Origin: the human T2T-CHM13v2.0 reference genome, Homo sapiens
Assembly: GCF_009914755.1 (NCBI RefSeq)
Contig: NC_060938.1
Reading direction: 5' to 3' (one strand)
DNA length: 64,000 bases
The translations under genes and the position numbers were made by a program. The notes beneath the pieces were generated by a model that searched no databases, was not told the origin of the DNA, and was given only the letters and a program-made list of their open reading frames with translations. The first letter of the stretch is position 1; each line of letters begins with the position of its first letter. Of the stretch, positions 28,445-41,510 are shown one piece after another.

Positions 28445-30130
28445 AGTAATCTATTACCCATGTATTCAAAATTCCAAATCTGATTCATTAAATATCTGCC
28501 AAGCACACATGAGTACACACACATATGAACCTGGGCCCATTTATGGACTTTCTGTTCTTTTTAATTAATCTCCATAGGTCTTCATTTACTACATCATAAT
28601 ATACACTTACAATATTGAGTCTTCTTTCTTGAGCAATGAATAGCTCACAAATTTTCCAGCTCTTTTTCACTTACATCCCACAGTAAAATTTTGCACTTGT
28701 TTTACATAAATGTTGCTAGTTGTTGTTAAGATATTTTACAAATAAATAGGTTTTTAAAATTTTACTGTGATTTTTTTTCTTTGTTTGTTTGAGACAGTGT
28801 CTCATTCTGTCACCCAGGCTAGAGTGCAGTCACGCAACTGTAAGTGGATCTTTACTGGTCATGCCTTTTGACTGATAGTTTCTCATATATGAAAAAATTA
28901 ATTTTAAAAATATCCCATAACATTTCTAAATTGATATTTTTAATAAACTTTAGTTAATTTCCTCAAGTTTTACAGGTAGACAAAAAAATAGTTGTAAAGA
29001 TTAATAATATTCAAATAGATATATCTTTTATCTTTGTTCATTGTCTTATTTCATTGGTTAAAAATCCACAATAAGGTGAAAATTGGAGCAATAGCAGCAT
29101 TCTAGTTTGTCCTAATTATGAGACAAATGCCTAGAGTGTTTCAATAGTAAATCTCAGTTTGGTTATTGGTTTTAGATAAATCATAGAGAACCAAAAGCAA
29201 AGAGCAGAAACAGATGTTGTATTTTATTACTTATTTATTATATAAATCAATATTACCTTACTTTTTAAATTTCTCCATGACTTTTTAATATGCTACAAGT
29301 TCTAGCATTGTACCATTTTTTTAGTTTTGATAAACTTTATTTGGTCATTGCCATATATAAATTTTTAAATGTAAGTTGCATTCCATTTACTGTCTTCTTT
29401 TTGAGACAGAGTCTCGCTCTGTCGCCCAGGCTGGAGTGCAGCGGCACGATCTTTGGTCACTACAAGCTCCACCTCCTGGGTTCACACCATTCTCCTGCCT
29501 CAGCCTCCCTGAGAAGCTGGGACTACAGGTGCCCGCCACCACACCTGGCTAAATTTTGTATTTTTAGTAGAGACGGGGTTTCACCACGTTAGCCAGGATG
29601 GTCTCGATCTCCTGACCTCATGATCCGCCCGCTTCGGCCTCCAAAAGTGCTGGGATTACAGGCATGAGCCACCGTGCCCAGCCTCCATTTACTTATTTTG
29701 TACAGGGATCAGGGAAAGAAGTGAGGTCAGGGGAGCATACAATGACATTATATTTGGCTACTTTTTTATCAGGATTATGCTGGTCTCATACATATTTTTG
29801 AAAGTTTTACATCTGTTTCTATGTCATGGAACAGTTTAAAAAGTATGGTACTTAACTATTCTTAGAAGGATTATAAAAATTTTCCCATTTAACTAGCTGA
29901 ACCTAGTGCTTTTTTGGAAGAAGATTTTAGTATTTTTTTATGGCTATGGTATTTTAATTGTCATTTTATAAGATTACTTTTGATTCATTGTTGGTAATTT
30001 TCATTCCTCTAAAAAAGCATCTATTTTTATAAAGTTTCCCACAACATTTACTTACAAATAATAAAATTCCTATCTTTGCTTATATTTCATTTTCATTCCA
30101 ATTGTTATATTTGTATTTTCTCTTTCTAAC
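28445..30130 (-). mobile_element. Degenerate old L1 ORF2 fragments (with a ~50 bp Alu stub near 28770-28835)
   Basis: T-rich antisense L1 motifs (ttttttatcaggattatgctggtctcata). Confidence 0.5.
29396..29683 (-). mobile_element. AluY
   Basis: ggatggtctcgatctcctgacctc; TSD tccatttact at 29382-29391 and 29684-29693. Confidence 0.92.
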
Positions 30131-31064
30131 TTATTTACTTTATGCAGGGGTGATGTGAGGAATTTCAAATAAAGAACTTTGATTTTGTAATATATTCTTA
30201 AAACATTCATTTAACTCAAACACAAACACTCAATAATCATGTGCAATTGAACACATCCATGAATATTCTGACAGTTTCTCTCATTTTGTCAGAAATATAT
30301 TCCAGGAAGAAACTTTCTTTGTTTCTTGAATGTGTTTTCCACTTGACCAGTAGCATCTTTTAATAATTCTAGTGGTTTGGCTCCATTTACTCATTAAATA
30401 GGAAGTCTAACCATGTACCTTTCTGCTTACTTGAGCTTACTCAGCTGTAAATCCCTAGCAAGTCCCCAACATCGTGTGGTTTCTTTGCTAATCCATGCAT
30501 GCTTTCTCACCTGTAAATCAGAAGCTACTGTGTGGTTACAAGTTATCCTCCTGTTACTTTACATAGCTTGTTCACAAGAGGATTTAATTCCTCCTCTCTA
30601 TAACTTCTGCCTTTAGTCTAATTTCTTCTGTCCTGTCTGTAGCAAATATGTTTTTACATCTATTTACACTGGTAGTTTTTCTGAGTGTCCAGTATTGATG
30701 CAGATAATCCCATTTCAATATTTATTAGTCAATTTAATGGGAATTCTTGCAGTAAAAATCTGAGCTGACTTTGTCATCTTACTTACAGGTTCAGGAATTA
30801 AGAATATAAATATACATGATGTAGCCACCTTAAAATATTTTCTATCATAACCCCAAATTCGTCATATTTTAATGATTTAATAATTTAAGATATAAGCAAT
30901 CATGTGACACATAACAGATTTCCCATTTTAAATACTTTAAATGCCAATATTGTATAATATTTGGGTCAGTTACTTTGTCAGACATATAATTTCACAGATA
31001 TTGTTAAGGCACATTCTCCACATCTAGTTCCGCTCTGGCCAGAAGAAACCACTATATTGAAAGG

Positions 31065-31260
31065 GATATATATATACATATGTATATACACATATACATA
31101 TATATACACACATATATATACATATACACATATATACACATATATACATATACACACATATATACATATATACATATATGTACATATACACATATATATA
31201 CATATATACATATATGTACATATACACATATATATGTATATGTGTATATACATATATATA
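31065..31260. repeat. Compound (TA)/(CA) microsatellite
   Basis: About 195 bp of tatatacacatatataca-type units. Confidence 0.97.
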
Positions 31261-31524
31261 TCTCCATCCTATATGTTTTCATATTTTACATGAAATATGA
31301 ACATCACTCCCCTACTACTCTCTGTATTTTCTGCTAATGTCTCCAGTTGGGAAAATCCAATTGGAAATCAGAGGACTTAGCAACTCATTGATGTAATCCA
31401 CCAGTGTCTATGTAAAATATCCACCCCATATATGGTTTCATATTTTACATAGACATATAAACAATAAACAATACATGCTATTTTGTATATTTAAGATTTG
31501 AGTAATAATAAAATCCTTAACGTC

Positions 31525-31689
31525 TTTTCCTTTTTTTGTTGTTTTTAGAGATAGTCGCACTCATGTGGAACTATCGTGCAGTGGCACGATCATAGCTCAC
31601 CACAGCTTCAAACTCCTGGGCTCGAGCACTCCTCCCACCTGAGCTTCCCAAAAAGCTAGGACTTCAGGCATGTACCACCACACCTGGCT
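31525..31689 (-). mobile_element. Alu monomer (FRAM/FAM or AluJ arm)
   Basis: gtgcagtggcacgatcatagctcac...aactcctgggctcgag...cacacctggc. Confidence 0.75.
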
Positions 31690-32150
31690 TAAAATTCTTA
31701 ACTTGATCATCATCCTGCAAATTAATTTCTTCAACCAATATTATTTCATTAAGATTTATTTGGATGGTACAGGTAGATACTATATCAGTCCATAAAGTTA
31801 CAATTTGTATATTCACTTCCCCTTTGATGAACTTGTTTTTCCTACTTTTTCGATGGAAAACAATGTTTCTTTATGAATAAACACAAAATTCTTCTGAGGA
31901 ATATACCAGGAGTTGAATTTTGGATTATTGTGGACATACCAACTTTGCTTTCAAAACAGAAGCCTCTATTTATATTCCAACTAACAGATTTGTAATTATT
32001 TCTCCACATTTTCACCAAAACTTTGATTAATCAAACTTTTCAGTTTTGTTCATTTGAATGGTGTAAAACAACATTTAAGCAGTTTGAATTTTCATTTATT
32101 TAAATGCTAATAATTTCTGTTAATTTTTATGCTCAAAAATTTTCATTTGC

Positions 32151-32577
32151 TGTCCAGTCATTCTCCACCCTTATCCACCCTTGCTCTATACCCTGTTGTC
32201 AGAGCCATATGGACTACATCAATTTATTTCTAAGTCCTTTGATTTCCAATTGGCTTTTCCCAACTGGAGACAGACATTAGCAGAAAATACAGAGAGCAGT
32301 AGGGAATTGACGTTAGATATCTCCCTGCTGGCTGCCATGGGTTGGTTGTGTCTCCCTACCAGAATCTATCGCTCCTGTCAGACTGGCTGTCTTATCCTCG
32401 TCTCTCTCCTCATACCTTCATATTTCTCTCTTCTGCTGCTGACTCTGTGGAACTAGTCTATTCCTCATTGGCTTCCTGAATCTTGCCCTTACATTTCTAA
32501 AGCGTCCTTGTATTAAATCTCTTCAAATTCTCCTTGTAAGTATGCCATATGATTCCTGCTGAACCTTGATTAATACA
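32151..32577 (+). mobile_element. LTR33-like ERVL LTR nested in an antisense L1 remnant
   Basis: TG...CA; 3' end attaaatctcttcaaatt...ttcctgctgaaccttgattaataca. Confidence 0.65.
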
Positions 32578-33265
32578 ATATTCTGCAGTCAATTTTCCAC
32601 TGTACATTTTCTCTTATCAATTTATAAAAGTTATTCTCATACTCTATCAATCTTTAGTCAGTTATATTAATTACAAATGCTCAACATGCAGCTTGCTTTG
32701 AACTTCAGGAGATCTCTTGTAGTATGAGAAGATATAGATATAATTTAAGGTTGTGAAATACATTAAATAGTTGCCCCTTGTTTAAGAAATTATTTTCTAC
32801 CCCAATTTTCTAAAAAGATTCTGCTATAATTATTTTTAGAGTTATGGGTTTGCTTCTCTAAATAGATCTTCAGTTTATTTTGTGTATGGAAAAAAACAAA
32901 TATTTTTGTTTTCTGCCTGGTTAACCAATTCAGTAACATTTATGGAATGAACCATCCCTTTCCAGTGCTCCATGGGGATCAGCTAAACTCTTGCCCTTCT
33001 GATAGTTATCATTTCACTGTTTTTGCCCTAATTAGATTGAATCATTTTTCTATTTATTGCAATCAAAACAGTCTTGATAATGTTAACCATATGATATGCT
33101 TTAAAATGAGGATTAAGTGAAGACAGAAGGGCCCAACAAATTAGTAAAAATAAATAAAGTATGTGATTGATTAAGGCCTTAGTAATCTCCAGGAAATCAA
33201 AGATTCAGTTAAGTAGAGAAACAGTAGTAAAAGTGGTAGTCAAATTGGACACTATATTATTAGGT

Positions 33266-33482
33266 GAGATCTCGGCTCGCCACAACCTCCACCTCTCAGG
33301 CTCAAGGGATCCTCCCACCTCAAGTGTGTGCTATCATGCCCGGTTAATTTTTGTATTTTTTTGTAGAGATTGGGTTTTGCCATGTTGCCAAGGCTGGCCT
33401 CAAACTCCTGGGCTCAAGCCATCCACCTGCCTCTGCCTCCCAAAATATTGAGACTACAGGCTGGAGCCACTGCATCTGACCA
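33266..33482 (-). mobile_element. Truncated AluJ
   Basis: ctcaaactcctgggctcaagccatccacctgcctc... Confidence 0.8.
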
Positions 33483-33698
33483 ACAACAATTCTAAATAAT
33501 GACAATATACAATACGTAGTCTTAGGGTTGTGTAGTTGAAATATCATGAAGGTGAAGGTTAGTGGAATTGAGGAGGACAAGAAACTTAAGGCAAAGTATT
33601 CATAAACATCCATATACTGATGTTGACCTTACTCAGGAATATATCAGAAATAGCTAGCTATATTTATCTCATCATATAAAAACACACTTAAACTCTAT

Positions 33699-33826
33699 TC
33701 CATGCCAATTTTCCAAGTAATAAATATGATAAAAGATACACATTTTCAAAAATCAATGTGTATCCATGCCACTTTTCTAATTAATAAACATGATAAAAGA
33801 GATACATTTTCAATAATCAATATGTT
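33699..33826. repeat. Tandem duplication, 2 x 64 bp
   Basis: tccatgccaattttccaagtaataaatatgataaaagatacacattttc... repeated with a few substitutions. Confidence 0.9.
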
Positions 33827-33867
33827 TATTAAAACCCACTAACGTCTTCAAAGTTATTTCAGATATA

Positions 33868-33909
33868 AAGATGGAAGGATGGATACTAAGATGAGAGGAT
33901 GGATACTAA
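33868..33909. repeat. Tandem duplication, 2 x 20 bp
   Basis: aagatggaaggatggatact / aagatgagaggatggatact. Confidence 0.9.
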
Positions 33910-35474
33910 CCAAAAAACATATTTTAGATCTGATAAAGATGAAGGAAGAAGAAATAAAATTTCCAATGCAGTAATAAGTAGCATTTAATGAGTATTTATC
34001 TGCTTTATTTATGTGTGCTGTACCTTACTTATGTTAGTTCATTCAATACAGTAGGATGTAGAGCAAGGAATCAAACCCTGAATGAATAGACCACTAAAAC
34101 ACATGTCTCTGATACATTCCCTACATACTTACTTTCATCTGCAATAAAAATTTTACAGAATAAGCCAAATACAATGTTTTGATAAATGAAAACTTCAGTT
34201 ACTAAAACATATTTTGTTATTGCCTTACAAACTTATTTTATTCAGTAGCATATCAGAACAAATTGTAGCATTACCATACATATTTACAACTTTTTTTTCT
34301 GATTACAGCTCTATTGAACTTCTCTCTAATTAATTAAAAATCTCATAAGGAGATAACCTTTACTTTGACACAACATCTTTCAAAATATATTTCTGAAACT
34401 CCATTTATTATATGTTCTAAAATATCAACTTAGAAAAGCTTAGACTAGAAATAAAAGGGCTGAATTAATTAGTCAACAATGATTAATTAGACATTTATCT
34501 ATAGTAAGATTTCAAATCTCTTCATTCCCTTGGCTCAATGCCACATATGTTTATTTAATGAGATCTCTATCTTCTATGAAGTTATGAAGGGTTAAAAATT
34601 CTGGCATTTAGATGGATACATTTATTCTGATAATAGTTGGCAATGATAGTATATTCTGTATAATTTGAGTAGAAAATACACTTATTTCTGTTCTAAAATA
34701 CATTTTAAGAAGTTTAGGTATCTGAACTAAATTATGTCAGTTAGCTGATCTTTTAAGTAAATAAATTTGTTAAGTTTAAATAGATAAATTTGTAGCATTT
34801 TTTCTGTGAGTCAGCCTAATTTAGGGCATAAAAATATCTTCCAAGAGTATGTTAGATTCCTTTGACTTGATTTAAAATAACTTTTGCATAGATGATGAAA
34901 TTTCTAATTATATAAACAATCATTAACTGAGGCATAGAAAAACTGTGTGCATAAAGATTGTTGTGGTGGCTGTTGGCTATTTAAAATCACATCTGCTAGC
35001 ATTATTTGGTTAAGATTTTTCATGTTCTGCTTAAGCATTTACAGATTTCCCGAGTGAATTCTCCTCTAAATATTTAGGTTTAAGGAAGAATTTTCCCTAG
35101 ACATATTAAGTGGTTGGTTTCTAAGTTAATTTTCATTTCTTAATCAGTTTCTGCTTACATATTTTGACTTTACCATGTCCATTTATATTATTCCTTTATC
35201 TTCAATGGTGTGGGGACATAACATGAAATCAAGAACTGTGGCAAATTTAATTAATTGTATTTCAGACTGTGAATATAGATAGATATAAAATAAAAGGACG
35301 ATCATAACTTAAGTTAGTCTTCTATTTAACTTTGTTGAATGAATATGGTGTAACTGCTTTAACTGCTTTTCTGTTTGAGTTGTTAAATCTTCTGACATTT
35401 TAATTTATGCATAAGTGCTTTTGGTTACTAGAGTTGCCTTAACAATTACCAAAACTTGCTGGCTTAAAAAATAA

Positions 35475-35825
<351 letters not shown>

Positions 35826-35826
35826 A

Positions 35827-36164
<338 letters not shown>

Positions 36165-36441
36165 TCACAGTTCTGGAGGCCAGAAGTCCAAAGTCAAAGT
36201 ATTGGCAGGATTGGTTGTTTCTTAAGGCTCTGAGAGAGAATCTGTTCCGCAACTGTCTCCTAGCTTCTGATTGTTACGGGCAATCTTTGGCAGTCTGTGC
36301 TTGTAGACAAATCGCTCCAGTCTCTGCCTCTGTCTTTGCATGGCTTTATACCACATTTATAGCACAGAAAGACACATTTGATTGGATTTAGGGCCCACCT
36401 GGGTAATTTAGAATGCTCTCATCCTTAACTTAATTATAAAT

Positions 36442-36444
<3 letters not shown>

Positions 36445-36479
<35 letters not shown>
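36445..36479 (+). repeat. Pure A35 tract
   Basis: 35 uninterrupted A inside the MLT1 LTR. Confidence 0.95.
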
Positions 36480-36481
<2 letters not shown>

Positions 36482-38613
36482 CAAATAAAGTCAAATTCAC
36501 AGGTACTGGGAATTAGGATTTGGACATATCTTCTTGGGGACCACAATTCATCCTACTACAATAAGTTTCATTACAAATTATTTTAAAGTAATTGTTCAAA
36601 TGAAATCAGATACCTGACATCAATTACATTATTATGCATTACAAAACCATTTTCATTCGGTTTCTTTTCTCTGTGAATGTTATGGATCAAAAAACAAATT
36701 AATTTGTCCTTACCAATATTTTTATAGTCACATTCAAAGTATTTGTTTCAGATATTTTTGAGTAACGTTTTGCTGGTTGATCACCACATAAGCTATTTTT
36801 AAATTAATTTTATTACCATGTTAATCTGATCAAAATAATCATCCCAGAGTAATATCTTCTGTAACAAGCAGAGAACATGATTATAACTGCATTCTTTTTC
36901 ATAAGTCAATAAAACATTAATGTAGCATTTGGTTGATTTTCAGTGAACATTTATCTCCATGCAGAGTTGAATTATCATCATAACTCTCTATTCAATCAAT
37001 AGTATACACTTTTGACATCAATTAATTTCATTAGTAATTTCCTGATTCCTGGATATAGAATTTGTAACTCTTTGTAATTAGTTCACTCAACACATCCATG
37101 AGAATAATAAATATATCCCTATTATAAACTGACCAAAGAGTGATGAGATAATTAATTTTAAAAAAACTAGCAAGTGGCAATTAAATAACAAATTGATACA
37201 GCTTTAAAGTCGAACTCCTAAAAGAAAATCGGGTTACCTTTTGTATGCTCTATAGATAGGCATCAATTTCCTTGGGCTTGAAATGTAATGTTCAGTGTTC
37301 CCAAGGGCACAGTGTTAATTAAGTCAAGTAGAGGACTTTGGGGAAGCAAGTGGTAACTTACAGATCTAATAAACCATATAATTAAAGGAAGGCATGAGGA
37401 AAATAAACTTACTGCTCAGTCTGCAAGACATTTATTTGAAAATTTTACAGGCTAGTGAGCATGGATGGATGGAATCCATTTTGTGTGTGTATGTGTATTT
37501 CTTGCTTCATTATGTTTCTATTACTGTTAACACTATATTCACTGCTTTCAGTCATTAGAACAAAACAAATAGTTAAAAAGTAAAGAATTCAACCAACAAT
37601 TTATCCACACAAAACTAGGAAAATTTGACTGATCTCTGTTTTTAATAAAATTGACAAAAAGATTGGCTGTTTTGCCATCAACTAGTCAAAACTGTTTAAA
37701 TTTCTAATTTATTCTCAAGGTAAAACCACACATTGGCTTTAGGCATCAATATAGCTTTTACTGATGTAAGTGTTTGCATTTATTGTTATTGTGAAGACTA
37801 AAAAGGGATGAGAACCACTTATATCCCAGGATTTCCTGATTGAAATGTACATTACCAGGTGTTTTCACTTTTGTTGCTTCTTTTAAGACCCCCAAAAAGT
37901 TTTTATGGCATTAACTATTACAATTTATTAAACATAACTAAATAATAGTCCAGGAGAAAACCCCAGAGAGATATTTATAAAGTTAAGGGCTTCTATTATT
38001 TTAACAGAATAAATTTAATGCATTAGTTAGCAATATAATTAGTTTGAAAACAATAAATATGAATGCAGTAATGCGAGTTCATGGCTTTTAAAGCAGATCC
38101 ACTTTCTTGAAAAAAATATTTTAAAATATAATTGTTTCAGCTATATGTTAAAATGAAACAGCAGAGTGCCTCTGGCTCTCTGAACTCTAATCATCTTGGC
38201 TTCTGTGAAAAGATAATTGAATTTCTTATCTAAATATTGAATATTCCTCACCAACTAACTGAAAGTCAAAATTCTTTTCTGGATAAAGCTTTAAATTATC
38301 AGGTATGATCCTGGGTTAATTATAGGGCTAATATATATTATATGTTAAAATAATTTTCAGATCATCTTGGTTACTTTTCAAAGTATGAGTGTGAAAATCC
38401 GTATTTCAAAATCAAGAATGACGGAAAAGCTAGTATTTAAATTAGAATTGACTGCTTCTCAACATCTAGCTGAGTTTCACCAAATGTTTACTGTCTGTCA
38501 CCAGATTATTTAATTTTGAGTATTTACATACTAAAATTGTTATTTAAGAATTTTAAATGAGAATGTTTGTATTTTATAATTTTTGATACCCCATAAATTT
38601 ATATTTCCAGATG

Positions 38614-39069
38614 TGAAAATAAATGAAGACCATCCAAATGACAATAAGCTAAGGCTATTTATTCAGAGCTTGCTATAGCCAGAGAATCAGTCACTATAAC
38701 CTGCGTGTTGCAGAGATTCAAAAGCAGTTGGAAGGAGTGCAGTACAAAAGCTAGAGAAATTGGAAGGCTTCGGGTATGCTCTGACTGGAGCTTGTCGGCA
38801 TAGGAAAGCTGAAGCCTGGCTAAGTAGAAGTAGGGCATCCTATGTTGGTTATGGAGTAGTCTTTTGTTTTCTCTAGTTAGTCCTAAATTAGAAACAGGGC
38901 AAAAATTAGGGATGCTGGTAGTTATTGACCAAGTTTTGACCATACACAGCTGATTGCTACAGAGGTTATGGTTTTTGGCTTCCAGGTCTGATTGCCACAG
39001 AGGTTGTGAGTCAGAGTTCTGTTTTTATTTATGACCTGGTCATTGTCCATTTACATATTCAGTCTCTCA
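38614..39069 (-). mobile_element. ERV1 solo LTR (MER31-like, tentative)
   Basis: ctatttattcagagcttgctatagc...cattgtccatttacatattcagtctctca. Confidence 0.6.
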
Positions 39070-40318
39070 CAGATATATACATATTTCATTATAAAATTAA
39101 TACTGTAAGGTCAATCTAATATTAATCTGTAGTGAAAGTTGCTCTTTGATTTATTAAAACTTTGCAATATTTATTTATATTTCATCCATAAATTAAAAAT
39201 GAGGTATGGATTTTCTCTTAAATTAGGTCAAATTCTTCAAATAGAATTCAAATATCTTCCTCCAATAACTTACAAAATAAAAAGTCCTAGTATTCAAAGA
39301 CAAGTTGCTACTAATCAATCAAAAAATATTAAATATTTAAAACATGGTTCAGAAAATTTTCACCCAAAATATGATGCTAGCTTTATTGCCCCAAATCAGT
39401 CATTCTTTGTATCTCTAGGTTGTCTCTGTTTATTAACTCACATGTCTAAGACAGGATTTTTCATTTTCTCCTCTGACTCCACATTGGTCCAATGATCCTT
39501 ATGAAATCACTGATGCCCCCGGACCCAGCCCTCTCCAGCAGCTCCTCCTACTACCACAATTCTAGTTTCAGCAGAAAATGCATATGTACTTTCTAAAGCT
39601 CTAAACATTCTACTGGTTTAGTCTTCCAGTATTTATTGCTTATAGATATTCTATTATATACTTACATTCAGCTCCTCACCAATAAAAACGACAAATTTTA
39701 GATCATTTATGAGCAGGACTAAAATTGTTTATGTTAGAATTAATCACTGAAATTTCAAAGTATTACAAATCAGTAAATACAGCAAAGAAAAAGGGTGGTG
39801 AAAAGTACATATTAATATCAGTCACATTTCAAAAGTGTACACTGAAAGCAGGAGAAAAACAATGGTAATACCTTCTAAATTAAATATTGGCAAAAAAAAT
39901 TTCTTAACATAAAATTAAATGAAAAATAAAGTAAGCTAAAGAAAAATGGAGAGCATATTTCTATTTTTTCCATTCATAAACTTGTATTCTACTTATATCA
40001 GTTTATTACACATTCTTAACAATGATTAAAATTGTTCATGAAAATTTCATAAGACATTAAACAAAATAGCTATCATCTCAAATTATTTCCCTATTAACTG
40101 TTTTTACAGCACATTTATGTTAGGTAAGTATTTTTAAAAATCACAAAAGCAAAATACCTTTAAAAGTTGAACACATGAGTTTTTTCTTTTACTGCTGTAC
40201 TTGATATACATGAAGTAATGGATATCAAGCAATTCATTTTACAGCATCTTTATTTGTACATTTGTTGTTAGGTTGCTTAAAATATTTAAATATAAATATA
40301 TAAGAGTGGCAAAAATAA

Positions 40319-40640
40319 GGCTGGACATGGTGGCTCACGCCTGTAATACCAGCACTTCGGCAGGCCAAGGCAGGCAGATCACTTGAGGTCAGGAGTTTGA
40401 AACCAGCCTGGTCAACATGTTGAAACCCCATCTCTACTAAAAATACAGAAATTAGCCAGGCGTGGTGGTGGGCGCCTTTAATCCCAGTTACTGGGAAAGC
40501 TGAGGCAGGAGAATGGCTCGAACCTGGAGGCAGAGGTTGCAGTGAGCCGAGATTGCGCCATTGCACTCCAGCCTAAGTGACAGAGCAAGACTCTGTCTCA
40601 AAAAAACAAACAAACAAAAAAACAAAAGAAAGAAAAAAAG
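40319..40640 (+). mobile_element. AluS inside the pseudogene 3'UTR
   Basis: Full Alu with a mixed A-rich tail. Confidence 0.95.
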
Positions 40641-40847
40641 AAAGCAAACAACAGATAACTTTACAAAGAATAGGAATCATTTCTGCCCTTCTCTAGAGGA
40701 AATTGAGTGACAGCTTTGTATAAAGGAACATTTCCGAAGCTATAGTCCAAGGTGTACACATTGAAACTGCATTCCACCCATTCATATGTTCAGGATATTA
40801 TGCCTATGGGGTACCTATTTCTACAACAACCTTGTAAATACTCCCAC

Positions 40848-41510
40848 TGACAGGGCTCAGAACACTCCCAAAGTACAGTGTCTTGGCATGCTGAACTGAA
40901 AAAAGGGGCTCAGAAGTAAAATCTTTCTGACCTTCTCCTGCTCTTCTTTCTCCTGGTCCCCTTTCTTCACCAACTCAGGCCATGGAGCCTGAAATTTCTC
41001 CTCCCCAAGGCAGGTCAAAGACACCAGAAATCCTCTCCCCCAAAGCCAAAGATAAAAAGTAAAAATATTATTCTAGCCTTTTCTTGCCTTTCTGTGTGAG
41101 AGCTAGCCATACAGAAATTCCCTGACCTACCTTGTCTGTTAGTAGGTCATAAGGCCCTTATTCCAGAAGGAGTCTTGTCTTATATCCAGAAGGAAGAAAT
41201 GCCACACATAGAAGCACAAGAAAAATATAAACACGCAGGCCTGGCTGTGTTTCTCCATTCAGTCTATTAGCATTAAATCAGTCCCTTTTTGACAAATTAC
41301 ATTTTTGCATGACTGTCTACGCTTTGTCGCATCTAAGAATTAAAATGGACAGTTTTTCCTTGAGTCTTTGCATCTTCAATTTGAAGCCTCTCATGTCTTG
41401 CAAAACTTTGATTAAATATTTTATGCTTTTCTCCTATTAATCTGTCTTTGTTTTCTTTCAGACCTAGCCAGGAACCCTAAAAGGGTTATGGAAACTTTTC
41501 TTTCCTTACA
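40848..41510 (+). mobile_element. MER34/MER39-like ERV1 solo LTR inside the pseudogene 3'UTR
   Basis: tgacagggctcagaacactcccaaagtac...ttggcatgctgaac...ttccttaca; YWHAZ UTR continues on both sides. Confidence 0.75.

Noticed and set aside
30961-31337. Five overlapping ORFs (67-110 aa) rich in Y/I/H/T or Y/I/V/C/M
   Set aside because: Artefact of the stop-free TA/CA microsatellite
39139-39495. 118-aa plus-strand ORF in unique DNA
   Set aside because: Non-ATG start, AT-biased composition, no recognisable domain or supporting splice/promoter context
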